From: an uncultured Verrucomicrobiae bacterium
GTDB lineage: Bacteria; Verrucomicrobiota; Verrucomicrobiia; Limisphaerales; Palsa-1400
DNA length: 64,000 nucleotides
Reading direction: 5' to 3'
Assembly: GCA_963764165.1 (NCBI GenBank)
Contig: CAVXRD010000002.1
Coordinates: 2,592,001 to 2,656,000, forward strand
In this document: piece after piece, positions 18,628-28,181 of the stretch
How the letters are laid out: each line of letters starts with the position of its first letter
How positions within the stretch are numbered: the first letter of the stretch is position 1
Notes under the pieces: model-generated
Databases searched by the model: none
The model's input: only the letters and a program-made list of their open reading frames with translations
Told to the model about the DNA's origin: nothing
Program-made: the position numbers and the translations under genes

Positions 18628-19233
18628 CTATTTCGCCCCTTGGTCAATCCACGCCCGAAGAATGCCCACTTGATCGGCTGTCAACGGTTTCGGGCGATTG
18701 CGCCCACCGGGACCGCCGGGACCACCGGGGCCAGGGCCGGGACCGCCTTCAGGAGGTGGGCCACCAGGGCCAGGGCCGCCAGCGGGAGGAGGGCCGCCAG
18801 CGCCACCCGCTTGATCGGGAGCGGGGCCGCCAGGAGGAGGTCCGCCGGGGCGTCCGCCGCGAGGACCGCGACCTTTTGGAGGCATCGCGATGGAGTCACT
18901 TACCTGGGCGCACGCCGCTACGATCAGGCTGTTCTTGCTGTCGCCAGGGATGACCATTTTGCCTTCCTTTCCACCCTTAAGGACGGCGTCAAGCGAATCG
19001 ACTCGAAAATCGTGTTTCGGACGTTCCTCGCCGTGGCAATTCGCACACGACCCCTTGAGCATTGGCTGAATGTCCTTTTCGAAAGTCAGCCCTGCAGTGG
19101 TCGCGGCCGGCGGAAGTTTGCTGGTATCAATTTTCGTGATATCCCATTTATTGGGCGGCTTTTGATCCTGCGCGACAGCAGGCATGCCAGCCAGAAGCAA
19201 TCCGAACGCGGTCAATGCGAGAGTGTTTTTCAT
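18628..19233 (-). CDS. Planctomycete-type cytochrome c domain protein with Gly/Pro-rich insert
   Basis: FEKDIQPML..SCANCHG, VIPGDSKNS, MPPK...LTADQVGILRAWIDQGAK. Confidence 0.85.
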   Translation of the reverse strand: MKNTLALTAFGLLLAGMPAVAQDQKPPNKWDITKIDTSKLPPAATTAGLTFEKDIQPMLKGSCANCHGEERPKHDFRVDSLDAVLKGGKEGKMVIPGDSKNSLIVAACAQVSDSIAMPPKGRGPRGGRPGGPPPGGPAPDQAGGAGGPPPAGGPGPGGPPPEGGPGPGPGGPGGPGGRNRPKPLTADQVGILRAWIDQGAK

Positions 19234-19298
19234 AGTTAAAAAATCTTCGGCACTATTGCACAGCTTGAGTCCAAGTCAAGCGCAAGGGGAATCCGGCG

Positions 19299-19489
19299 CC
19301 TGACCGGGCTGTGATTGAAAATGGGTGAGGCGTGTGATTTCGCTTTGAGCGCGGCTGTGTCGAAGACCAGCCGCAGCAACGTGGAATTGACCGGCGCGCC
19401 CGGCGCTGCGACGCGCTGCGGCTGGTCTCCGACACAGCCGCGCTTGTCGGCCTGCGTCCATCACCCATTTTCAATCACACCTGGTCAGG
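19299..19489. mobile_element. MITE-like element with ~29-bp terminal inverted repeats enclosing a family C REP doublet
   Basis: cctgaccgggctgtgattgaaaatgggtga / tcacccattttcaatcacacctggtcagg; inner IR agcgcggctgtgtcgaagaccagccgcagc (19348-19377 / 19415-19444); related copy at 29526. Confidence 0.7.
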
Positions 19490-19510
19490 GCAGACGCATC
19501 TGAATTCCGA

Positions 19511-19685
19511 GGTAGGGACGCCTCGGCGAGACTGTCTCAAAACTCAAAAATGGCTTTAAAAAGCACCACAAAAACACCCTCGCCGAAAATAAAAATGCGC
19601 CATATCGCAAATGAGAGAGTCGTAGTATTGACACACTTTGAGGATTTTGTAGTTTTGAGACAATCTCCGGCGAGGCGTCCCTACC
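19511..19685. repeat. Family B REP palindrome interrupted by a MITE
   Basis: ggtagggacgcctcggc [insert] cggcgaggcgtccctacc. Confidence 0.8.
19528..19667. mobile_element. 140-bp non-autonomous MITE with 4-bp flanking direct repeat
   Basis: TIR gagactgtctcaaaact / agttttgagacaatctc (16/17 match); CGGC on both sides; AT-rich core with no ORF. Confidence 0.8.
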
Positions 19686-20718
19686 AGGATTTGCTTTCTC
19701 GCTCGTAGAACTTATGGAATCTTTTCGATTCGTAGACTTCAACGCGGTCGCCGGGTTTGCGGACAATGCGCGCGGCGGCAGAACGGTTCCTGTCAATAAA
19801 CGCCTTCGCTTCCTCCGGCTTCAACACGCTCATGATTTTGGTCAGGCCGTCGGCGGCAAAATCGTCGGACGCGATCACCGTCACCAGGCTATGATCTGTC
19901 AATCCGATCCCTGTGTGCGGATCGACGATATGCGAGTAGCGGACGCCGTTGATTTCGAGGCGCTGGAACAAATCGCCGGAGGTAGAAATGCCCGCGTGCT
20001 TCAGCATGACGAACCGCGCCGGAGGAGCGTTGGTCGCGTCGAGCGGCGGCAACTCAACCCGCCAGCCTTTTTTTCCGGGTGGCGGATCGCTGACGCCGAT
20101 GTCCCCGCCGCCTGAAACCAGCGCGCTCACCACACCTCGCTCCGCCAGCAATTTGATGGCTTCGTTGACCGCGTAACCCTTTGCGATTCCGCCCAAATCA
20201 AGACGCATGTTCGGGGCGATCAATTTTACACGATGTTGCTTTGGATCGAGCAGCATTTTCTCGCAGCCAACCGATCGCCGCGCCTTCTCGAGTCTCTCCG
20301 GCTCCGGCAATTTCCCCTGGCGCCGCGCATATCGCCAAAGATTGACGTAGGGCCCGACAGTCACGTCAAACGCGCCGTGGCTCGCGCGCGACAGTTCCTG
20401 CGCCCGCTCCAGCACCGTCCATAAATCCGGGCTGACGGGAACGAATTTATCGTGCCCCGATGTTTGCGAAAGCCGGCTCAGCTCGGAGTCGGAATCGTAG
20501 TCCGTCATGATGTCGTTAAGCTGCTTGATGCGGGCGAAGGCGGCTGCGGAGGCTGAGGCAGCTTCATTCGTCGAAGCCGCGTAAAGCACGATGCGAAACG
20601 GCACGCCCATTTCCGTTTCGTGAAATTCAAATCGCTCCACAGACGGTGGAGGCGACATGCAACCTGCGCCGAAAAACGCCGCCAAAATCGCGATGCAAAA
20701 ACTAAGCGCCCATTTCAT
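19681..20718 (-). CDS. apbE: FAD:protein FMN transferase (lipoprotein)
   Basis: Lipobox GAGC; MGVPF, SELSRL, GAFDVTVGP, LDLGGIAKGYA, STSGD, YSHIVDPHTG. Confidence 0.93.
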   Translation of the reverse strand: MKWALSFCIAILAAFFGAGCMSPPPSVERFEFHETEMGVPFRIVLYAASTNEAASASAAAFARIKQLNDIMTDYDSDSELSRLSQTSGHDKFVPVSPDLWTVLERAQELSRASHGAFDVTVGPYVNLWRYARRQGKLPEPERLEKARRSVGCEKMLLDPKQHRVKLIAPNMRLDLGGIAKGYAVNEAIKLLAERGVVSALVSGGGDIGVSDPPPGKKGWRVELPPLDATNAPPARFVMLKHAGISTSGDLFQRLEINGVRYSHIVDPHTGIGLTDHSLVTVIASDDFAADGLTKIMSVLKPEEAKAFIDRNRSAAARIVRKPGDRVEVYESKRFHKFYERESKSW

Positions 20719-20734
20719 GCTTCACTGAAAGGAA

Positions 20735-20873
20735 GCCACAGATTAACACAGATCAACACAGATTTTTTCGCAGAACCCAGATTGAATCGTCTGCCAAGGC
20801 GGCTGCCGTACGTCAATGGCACCCCGGTCAGTTCTTTCAGAAAATCTGTGTTTCATCTGTGTCCATCTGTGGC
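20735..20873. repeat. Inverted repeat of 10-mer ACACAGAT units (family D)
   Basis: gccacagattaacacagatcaacacagatttt ... aaaatctgtgtttcatctgtgtccatctgtggc; a half copy lies at 50699. Confidence 0.8.
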
Positions 20874-20939
20874 CGCCCTCTCTTTCTTCCTTTTCAGATT
20901 TTAAGGTGATCTTTGGCCCGAATAGTTTACACTGCAATT

Positions 20940-23618
20940 ATGGCAGAGGACAGTCGCCCAGACCCGGATGCCTTGCTGGCGGCGATTCAGAAAAGCGAGG
21001 CCGAAACCAACCGCGGGAAATTCAAAGTTTTCCTCGGCATGGCCGCAGGCGTGGGCAAGACCTACGCCATGCTCCGCGCCGCCCAGCGCGCCCAGCGCGA
21101 AGGCCTCGACGTGATGGTCGGATACGTCGAGACGCACGGTCGCAAAGAGACCGAGGCGCTGCTGGCGGGCTTGACGGTTTTGCCGCGCCGCAAGGTGGAA
21201 TATCGCGGCGTGACGCTGGAGGAAATGGATCTCGACGGGCTTCTCGCGCGGCGTCCCAGGCTGGCAGTCGTGGATGAATTGCCGCATACGAACGCCCCCG
21301 GCTCGCGCCACGCCAAACGTTACCAGGACATCCTCGAATTGCTCGACGCGGGCATTGACGTCTATACAACGATGAACGTGCAGCACGCCGAGAGCCGGGT
21401 GGACACCGTCCGCCAAATCACCGGCTCAACCGTGCAGGAGACGATTCCCGACAGCGTGCTGGATGGCGCGGAAATGGAATTGATCGATCTCCCGCCCGAG
21501 GAACTTCTCAAGCGCCTCGACGAAGGCAAAGTTTACATGCCGGAACGGGCCGAACTGGCGATGATGAATTTTTTTCGCGAAGGCAATCTCAACGCGCTCC
21601 GCGAAATGGCGCTCCGACTGGCCGCCGATCATGTTGGGCAGGATGTGCATGATTATTTGCAAGCGATGCAAATTTCCGGCCCGTGGCGCTCCGGGCATCG
21701 CTTGCTGGTCGCCGTAAGCCCGAGTCCCTACTCGCCGCACATGATTCGATGGACCCGCAGGCTCGCGGATAATCTCGATTGCCCGTGGCTGGCTGTTTAC
21801 GTCGAGCAGCCGCGTCCGTTTTCCGAGGCGGACCAGGATCGCCTGAACAAACATCTGGCGCTGGCCCGGGAACTTGGAGCGGAAGTCATCACGACGGCGG
21901 ACACAGGAATTGGCCGGGGCATTTTGCGCGTGGCGCGCCAGCAAAACGTCACCCAAATCGTCGTCGGCAAGCCGGGCGGTTCCGGCTTCATGGATTGGCT
22001 GCGGAGCGGGCGATTGCTTCGGCAGCTTGTGCGGGACAGCGGGAATATTGAATTGCACGTCGTCCGGCCGGAGATGGACGAAAAATTCGCGAGGCCCAAA
22101 CATGCGCTGTTTGCATTTGAATCGCCGCTCGCGCAGTACGGCGCGGGCCTTGCGGTGGTGGCGCTTTGCACCGCCATAAACGCGCTCATTTTTCCGAAAG
22201 TCGGCGAGCACGCCCCGGCTCTGATTTACTTGCTGGGCGTCGTGCTGCTGGCGTTCGGCGTCGGGCCTGGCCCCACGTTTGCGACCGCCACCGCCAGCGC
22301 GCTGATGTGGGATTATTTTTTCCTGCCGCCGCGCTTCACTTTCTACTTGACTAAGCTGGAGGACATTTTGATGTTCGCCATGTATTTCGTCGTTGCGCTG
22401 GTGCTGGGGCAATTCGCCTCGCGCCTGCGCTGGCAGGAGCGCTCCGAGCGGCGGCGCGAGGAGCGCTCCACCGCGCTGTATCTTTTGACGCGCGATCTGG
22501 CCGATGCGGTGGACATCAATGATGTTGTGCAAAGACTCGTGCGGCAGGTGGCGGCTGCGTTCAAGGCGAAAGCCGCCATTCTCCTGCGCGAAACGGACGG
22601 AACTCTCGCCCGCGCGGCGCATCCGGCCAGCGCGTTCGGCGTTTCCGAAAAGGAACAAAGCGTCGCCGCGTGGGCTTTTCGCTTCGGCAAAACGGCTGGG
22701 CGGTTCACTGACAATCTTCCTCTTGCCTCGGCGATTTACCTGCCGCTGCAAACCAATCGAGGCCCCGCGGGCGTGCTCGCGGTGGCGCTGGATGGCGAGC
22801 GCCCACCCACACTTGAGCAGCGGGATTTGCTGGACGCCTACGCGCGGCAGGCGGCGCTGGTGCTGGACCGGCTCCGGCTGGATGCCGAGTCGCAGCAGGC
22901 GCAATTGCTGACGGAGTCGGAAAAATTGAGCAAGGCGCTGCTGAATTCCATTTCGCACGAATTGCGCACGCCCATCGCCGCGATCACCACCGCGGCCAGC
23001 GCGCTGGTGGAAACGAACACGCCCGCCAATATTCGCAGCGCCATGGCGCTCGAAATTCAGGAAAGCGCGGCGCGGCTGAACCGGCTGGTCAGCAATCTGC
23101 TTGACATGACGCGCCTGGAATCCGGCAAGGTGAAGCCGCACATGGATTGGTGTGACGCGTCGGACCTTATCAACGTCGCGCTGCGCCAAAATGAACGCGA
23201 ACTGTCGCGCCATGAAGTCAAACTGCTGCTGGCTCAGCCGCTGCCGCTGGTGAAAATGGATTTTGTGCTGATGGAACAGGCGCTGAACAACTTGCTTTTG
23301 AACGCCGCGCATTACACGCCGGACGGAACGGCCGTCGAAATCAAGGCTTCCGCCACGGCGGACGAAATGACCATTTCCGTCGGTGACCGAGGGCCTGGAC
23401 TTCCCCCGGAGAGCTTGCCGCATGTGTTTGAAAAATTTTATCGCGTGCCCGGCGCGCCGGCCGGCGGAACCGGCCTCGGCCTTTCCATTGTCAAAGGCCT
23501 GGTGGAAGCGCAAGGCGGCAGGGTCGAGGTCCGCAACCGCCCGGGCGGCGGCGCTGAATTTAGCATTTATCTGGCTGTGGAACCACATCCGCAACCAGTC
23601 CTGGAGCAAGCCTTATGA
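20940..23618 (+). CDS. kdpD: Osmosensitive K+ sensor histidine kinase KdpD
   Basis: RPDPDALL, GMAAGVGKTYAML, VETHGR, VDELPHTN, USP domain, 4 TMs, GAF, SISHELRTP. Confidence 0.96.
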   Translation: MAEDSRPDPDALLAAIQKSEAETNRGKFKVFLGMAAGVGKTYAMLRAAQRAQREGLDVMVGYVETHGRKETEALLAGLTVLPRRKVEYRGVTLEEMDLDGLLARRPRLAVVDELPHTNAPGSRHAKRYQDILELLDAGIDVYTTMNVQHAESRVDTVRQITGSTVQETIPDSVLDGAEMELIDLPPEELLKRLDEGKVYMPERAELAMMNFFREGNLNALREMALRLAADHVGQDVHDYLQAMQISGPWRSGHRLLVAVSPSPYSPHMIRWTRRLADNLDCPWLAVYVEQPRPFSEADQDRLNKHLALARELGAEVITTADTGIGRGILRVARQQNVTQIVVGKPGGSGFMDWLRSGRLLRQLVRDSGNIELHVVRPEMDEKFARPKHALFAFESPLAQYGAGLAVVALCTAINALIFPKVGEHAPALIYLLGVVLLAFGVGPGPTFATATASALMWDYFFLPPRFTFYLTKLEDILMFAMYFVVALVLGQFASRLRWQERSERRREERSTALYLLTRDLADAVDINDVVQRLVRQVAAAFKAKAAILLRETDGTLARAAHPASAFGVSEKEQSVAAWAFRFGKTAGRFTDNLPLASAIYLPLQTNRGPAGVLAVALDGERPPTLEQRDLLDAYARQAALVLDRLRLDAESQQAQLLTESEKLSKALLNSISHELRTPIAAITTAASALVETNTPANIRSAMALEIQESAARLNRLVSNLLDMTRLESGKVKPHMDWCDASDLINVALRQNERELSRHEVKLLLAQPLPLVKMDFVLMEQALNNLLLNAAHYTPDGTAVEIKASATADEMTISVGDRGPGLPPESLPHVFEKFYRVPGAPAGGTGLGLSIVKGLVEAQGGRVEVRNRPGGGAEFSIYLAVEPHPQPVLEQAL

Positions 23619-24319
23619 CGGAAAGCGCCGCCCCCCATCAACCGGTCGTCCTGGTCATTGACGACGAAATTCAAATGCGGCGCCTGCTGCGCGTGACGCT
23701 TGAAGGCAATGGCTATCGCATGTTTGAAGCAGCCACCGGCCAGGCGGGTTTGATCGAAGCGGCCCAGCGCCGTCCGGAAATTGTCGTGCTCGACCTGGGT
23801 CTGCCGGATATGGATGGCCTGGAAGTTTTGAAGCGCTTGCGCGAATGGACAGAAGCGCCGGTGATCGTTCTATCTGTGCGCGAAGGCGAAGAGGATAAAG
23901 TCGGCGCGCTGGACCGCGGAGCGGATGATTACATGAACAAGCCGTTCAGCACAGCCGAGCTGCTGGCGCGGCTTCGCGCGGCCCGGCGGCGCGCGCAACC
24001 GGTGGCCGACACCGCGGTTTTTCAATCGGGCCCGCTCGAAGTCGATTTGTCCAGCCGCCAGGTGCGCCGCAAAGGCGAGGAAATCAAATTGACACCCACT
24101 GAATATTCCCTCCTTCGCCTGCTGGTGCGAAACGCCGGGAAAGTCGTCACACACCGGCAAATCCTCAAGGAAGTGTGGGGCCCGACCTACGGCGAGCAAA
24201 CCCATTATCTGCGAGTTTACGTCGCGCACCTTCGCGAGAAACTGGAGGAAGACGCCAGCCGGCCGGAACTTTTGTTGACTGAGCCGGGGATAGGCTACCG
24301 GCTGAAGGCGGAAGCGTGA
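23615..24319 (+). CDS. kdpE: Response regulator KdpE
   Basis: LDLGLPDMDG, THRQILKEVWG, HYLRVYV, LTEPGIGYR; ATGA overlap with kdpD. Confidence 0.93.
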   Translation: MTESAAPHQPVVLVIDDEIQMRRLLRVTLEGNGYRMFEAATGQAGLIEAAQRRPEIVVLDLGLPDMDGLEVLKRLREWTEAPVIVLSVREGEEDKVGALDRGADDYMNKPFSTAELLARLRAARRRAQPVADTAVFQSGPLEVDLSSRQVRRKGEEIKLTPTEYSLLRLLVRNAGKVVTHRQILKEVWGPTYGEQTHYLRVYVAHLREKLEEDASRPELLLTEPGIGYRLKAEA

Positions 24320-24337
24320 GATTTCCTGGAGCATAAT

Positions 24338-24472
24338 GGGAAGCGCGGCCGTCTCGACCGCCGCCTTCGGCGTCCCGCCGAAGGCATCTTGCGCTCAGGC
24401 AGCCCCACCAAATAACGGACTGACTTATTCCGCCACATCCAGTCGGCGAGCAACCGGGACGCTCACGCTCCC
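24338..24472. repeat. Degenerate palindromic repeat (family E)
   Basis: gggaagcgcggccgtctcgaccgccgccttcggcgtcccgccgaagg ... cgggacgctcacgctccc; the arm resembles 50806-50853. Confidence 0.55.
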
Positions 24473-24490
24473 TTTTATAACTGGCTGCGG

Positions 24491-27145
24491 CTACGGGGTC
24501 TGCGAAATCAACGGCTGCTTGTTCAATAGCGCGATGTAATCCGTCATGATATGGCGGGCTTCATCAAGCGCGGGATCGACGGGGCCTTCGGCGGCAACTT
24601 CCGCATCCAGGTCCTCATCGTCGGAAAAGGCCGATGAAGCGGATGCCGTGGCTGAGTTCGTCTTCACCGCCATGGGTTCAAGCTGGGCGAGATCGACATT
24701 TTTCAAGGTGAGATCGTATATTTTTTCCTCCGGCTTCTTGCGGGATGCGATCTCGCGCTTGATGGCTTCCGCGCGGGCCGCGTTTGTTTTTTGTTCCGCC
24801 TGGCGGTCGGCTAAATTCAACGACACCGTTTTGTCCGCCTGCATTTTCAAAAATTCGGCAATGTCGTCGCGAATATATTGATAATCCTTGCTGGCGGCGA
24901 CGCGTTGTTTGGAGCGTTCCAGAAGCGTCGGCAAATACGGACGCACGCGGTGCATGTTGATCGGATCGGCGCTCGTCACTTCGTCGAAGGGCATCGCTTC
25001 CGGCAACGCGCTCTCGCCGATATCGTTCGTGTCCGCGTTCAATCTTGAGGGCAGTTCGATGTCGGAGAGGACGCCCTTGAGCTGGGTCGAACTTCCACCG
25101 GCGCGATAAAACTTTTTGATCGTCAGCTTGAGCTCGCCCGGATCGTAGGCGGTGTCGTAAGGCAAATTGTTCCTGCGCTGAAATTGGATCAGATATGGCT
25201 GCAATCCCTGCATCGTCTGCACGGTTCCCTTGCCGAAGGTGGAATGATCGCCCACGATCAGCGCGCGGTCATAATCCTGCATGGCGCCCGCCATGATCTC
25301 AGAAGCCGAGGCGCTTAAACGGCTGGTCAGCACAATCAGCGGCCCGTCATAGATGGGCGACTTGGAGCTGCTGTCGGTCGAGCAATCGCCGGACGGCTCC
25401 TTCGTTTGGACGATTGGCCCCTTCGGAACAAATAATCCAGACAGGCTGACGGCCTCTTCCAGATAGCCGCCGCCGTTGTGCCGCAAATCCAAAATGATTC
25501 CTCCGACCTTTTCCTCCTTCATCCGGCGGACGAGCTTCGCGACGTCGCCAGCCATGCTTTTGCCGGCTTCGGGATTGGCATAAAACGACGGAATGTTGAT
25601 CACGCCGATGCGCGCGGCCGAACCGGGAGTGTTCGTATTCTCATAAAGGCGCGCTTTGGATTCCTGCTCTTCCAATTTGATTTCGTCGCGGACCAGCGTG
25701 ACCTGTTTCCGGACGGAGGCGTCTATGGCGTCAGCCGGCGTCACCGTCAGCGTCACCTGACTGCCTTTTGGGCCGCGAATCATCTCGACGATTTTATCAA
25801 GCGTCATCCCTTCCACCTCGACCGGCTCGGCATTGCTTTGCGCCACCGCCACGATGCGATCGTTCTCGCGAATCTTGCCGCTCCTTTTGGCTGGGCCCTC
25901 CTTCAATTCCACAATTTTGCAATAGTCACTATCCTTGCCCAGCAAGGCGCCGATCCCGAAAAGCGAAAGCTTCATCTGAATTCCAAAATTTTCGGCGGTT
26001 ACATGGCCCATGAAATCCGAATGCGGGTCGTAAGCGCGGGCGAGGGAATTGATGTACCATTCGAACACGCGGTCGGAATCCAGCTCGTGGTAGTTCCGCA
26101 TCATCTGGTCGTAGCGGTTGGTCAGCGTCTTGTGGATTTCGGCCAGATTCTTTTCATTGAGATGAATCATGGCGATCAGGTTGGTCGACTTTTCTTCGGA
26201 GTTCGTTGCTGACGCATTGGGCTGGGTGGCAGCGGCCGCATTCGCCTGCCCCCCAGTTGGCGAGTAGAGCATGTCCGTATTGGTCGCGGATGAAACCGTC
26301 AAATTCGTCAATGCCGTTTCCAATTTCTCATGATGGAAGGTGACATCGCCAATTTCTTTTCCGTTCATGGCAAGGTGGTTTGTCGTTTTCTTGACGTTTT
26401 CCGGGATCGGAAAATTAAAATGCACCGTGGCGTCGGATCCGCCGTCGGCGAGTTCCACCACCAGGTTTGTCGGGAGCAAATCAAACGAAGCGGGGTGAAT
26501 TTTGTCGCGCTTCAGGGTCACCACGGCGTTGCCTTTGGAATCCAGCGTCACCGGCCCGACGAACTGGACATCCGGCGAATTGAGGAGCTGATCGAGATAT
26601 TCGCAGCGCAGCTCCTGCCGCCAAAAATCCTTGGCCTGGTCGAGGTCTTTCGCATAAGGCAGCGCATGGCGGTTCAGGGCGAAGCGCTCGTGGTTGGTAA
26701 ATTCAAATTGAGCCGTGGCGAGCATGTTGCTGGCGAGATCGTACCGCTGATGGACGCGCTCCATGAACCGCGAAAAAATCACCCAGCACGGCGTGAGATC
26801 CTGCTCCTTCAGCGTCATTATATTGAGCCTGCTCCGGTATTGCTGGAAATCATTAATGTCGCCCTGCACGAAGAACAGATGAAAATAATCGAGCGAGTCA
26901 ATAAAATGATCGAGGAATTTGCCGGACATTTCGGCGTCAAACGGATGCTGCAAATAGTTCCATTCCTGAATTTTCTCGGCGGCAATCCGGCCGACCAGCG
27001 GATCATTCGGATCGGCGGCGGCGGCGAATTCGGCGGCGGTGCGGGGTTCGGCGCCCTTGGGTGCGGCGGAAGCGTGGAAAAGAAAGAAGCAAAAAGCGAA
27101 GGCCGATGCCAGGCTCTTGGCCGCGAAAAACGATCTTGATCTCAT
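24491..27145 (-). CDS. prc: Carboxy-terminal processing protease (Prc/Tsp, S41A) with a large insertion
   Basis: YDPHSD, GIGA (PDZ), IRGPKGS, DLRHNGGG, SASASEIMAGAMQD, TFGKGTVQ; start taken at MRSRSFF. Confidence 0.9.
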   Translation of the reverse strand: MRSRSFFAAKSLASAFAFCFFLFHASAAPKGAEPRTAAEFAAAADPNDPLVGRIAAEKIQEWNYLQHPFDAEMSGKFLDHFIDSLDYFHLFFVQGDINDFQQYRSRLNIMTLKEQDLTPCWVIFSRFMERVHQRYDLASNMLATAQFEFTNHERFALNRHALPYAKDLDQAKDFWRQELRCEYLDQLLNSPDVQFVGPVTLDSKGNAVVTLKRDKIHPASFDLLPTNLVVELADGGSDATVHFNFPIPENVKKTTNHLAMNGKEIGDVTFHHEKLETALTNLTVSSATNTDMLYSPTGGQANAAAATQPNASATNSEEKSTNLIAMIHLNEKNLAEIHKTLTNRYDQMMRNYHELDSDRVFEWYINSLARAYDPHSDFMGHVTAENFGIQMKLSLFGIGALLGKDSDYCKIVELKEGPAKRSGKIRENDRIVAVAQSNAEPVEVEGMTLDKIVEMIRGPKGSQVTLTVTPADAIDASVRKQVTLVRDEIKLEEQESKARLYENTNTPGSAARIGVINIPSFYANPEAGKSMAGDVAKLVRRMKEEKVGGIILDLRHNGGGYLEEAVSLSGLFVPKGPIVQTKEPSGDCSTDSSSKSPIYDGPLIVLTSRLSASASEIMAGAMQDYDRALIVGDHSTFGKGTVQTMQGLQPYLIQFQRRNNLPYDTAYDPGELKLTIKKFYRAGGSSTQLKGVLSDIELPSRLNADTNDIGESALPEAMPFDEVTSADPINMHRVRPYLPTLLERSKQRVAASKDYQYIRDDIAEFLKMQADKTVSLNLADRQAEQKTNAARAEAIKREIASRKKPEEKIYDLTLKNVDLAQLEPMAVKTNSATASASSAFSDDEDLDAEVAAEGPVDPALDEARHIMTDYIALLNKQPLISQTP

Positions 27146-27377
27146 TGCATTTGCGAATGTTAAAGGCGGTCGGAGAAGGCGCGCCAGCCTTCCAAAGGGC
27201 AGGCAACGCAAACCCAACAGAGCATAAACTAACCAATCCCCGCCCGTTCCGCCAGCGAAGTTTTTCGGGGTTAAGTCTCCACTTGTGACGGAAAGCGAAA
27301 AGCCAAATGCCAGACGGAAATGCTCTTTCGCGCAGGGAAGATGAGTGCGCGGAGGAACACAAGACAAATCCGCATCT

Positions 27378-28181
27378 CTAGGTGGGCGGGATAACGTCAC
27401 TCACTATCTTTACATTGTGCTCGCAGAATTTACGCACCGCGTGCAGCGACAAGTAGACCGTCTGCCCATTCGACTGTTCCAGCTCGATAAACTCCGCCCC
27501 GATATCATGCTCACGGATGCTCAACAGCTTCCGTCTGCCTTTGAAAAGCGCATTGCGATAAACCAGTAACTGATTTGTCTCGACGCAATAAACATCGTAT
27601 CGCTTATTCACATCAACTGGATCGAGCTGTGACTTTTGCACGGTCATATTCTTCGGATTACAAGAGGGTTGGCTGCTTTTTGCCGTGCTTGGAGCATTGG
27701 GACCGAGTTCTTTGAGGATTTCGATCCGTGTTTGCTCCGCATGAACATTAAGGTTCTTCAACACACGAGCCGTGACACCGTCGCCTTCGCGGAGCAAACC
27801 CAGCAGAAGATGTTCGGTCCCGATATAAGTGTGATTGAGCGCCTTGGCTTCCCGTGCGGCCACTGCCAGGATTTTCTTAAGGCGCGGTGCATATGGAATC
27901 GGATCGGATAGTGGCTGCTCAAGGCCTTTTCCGACCTGCTTCTCGACTTCCAACCGCACTATTTCAATCTCGAGGCCCATAGTCCTGAAGACGCTCACCG
28001 CCACGCCTCTCTCAAGCGCCAATACCCCGAGCAGCAGATGTTCGGCGCCGACGAAGTTGTGCCGAAGGCTGTCAGCTTCCCGGCGAGCCAACGCCAGCGC
28101 CTGCTGGGCGCGCGGCGAAAAGTTCAACGGTTCGAGCGAACCCATTGCCAGCCTTCTTCGGAATGACTTAAACCAGTTCAC
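27378..28181 (-). CDS. Stand-alone Clp N-terminal repeat domain protein (no AAA+ module)
   Basis: NFSPRAQQALALA..HNFVGAEHLLLG and PRLKKILAVA.REAKALNHTYIGTEHLLLGLLREGDGV; no Walker motifs. Confidence 0.85.
   Translation of the reverse strand: MNWFKSFRRRLAMGSLEPLNFSPRAQQALALARREADSLRHNFVGAEHLLLGVLALERGVAVSVFRTMGLEIEIVRLEVEKQVGKGLEQPLSDPIPYAPRLKKILAVAAREAKALNHTYIGTEHLLLGLLREGDGVTARVLKNLNVHAEQTRIEILKELGPNAPSTAKSSQPSCNPKNMTVQKSQLDPVDVNKRYDVYCVETNQLLVYRNALFKGRRKLLSIREHDIGAEFIELEQSNGQTVYLSLHAVRKFCEHNVKIVSDVIPPT

Noticed and set aside
20735..20873. Periodic repeats as a CRISPR array
   Set aside because: Units are 10-mers in inverted arms with no unique spacers, and no cas genes are present.
21426..23609. 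727-aa minus-strand ORF and many similar long antisense ORFs (e.g. 8865-10001, 30041-31477, 37813-39078)
   Set aside because: Shadow frames of well-supported genes in GC-rich DNA, with no recognisable motifs.
27170..27370. Possible structured RNA between prc and the Clp-N gene
   Set aside because: No recognisable family motif or convincing long stems by eye.
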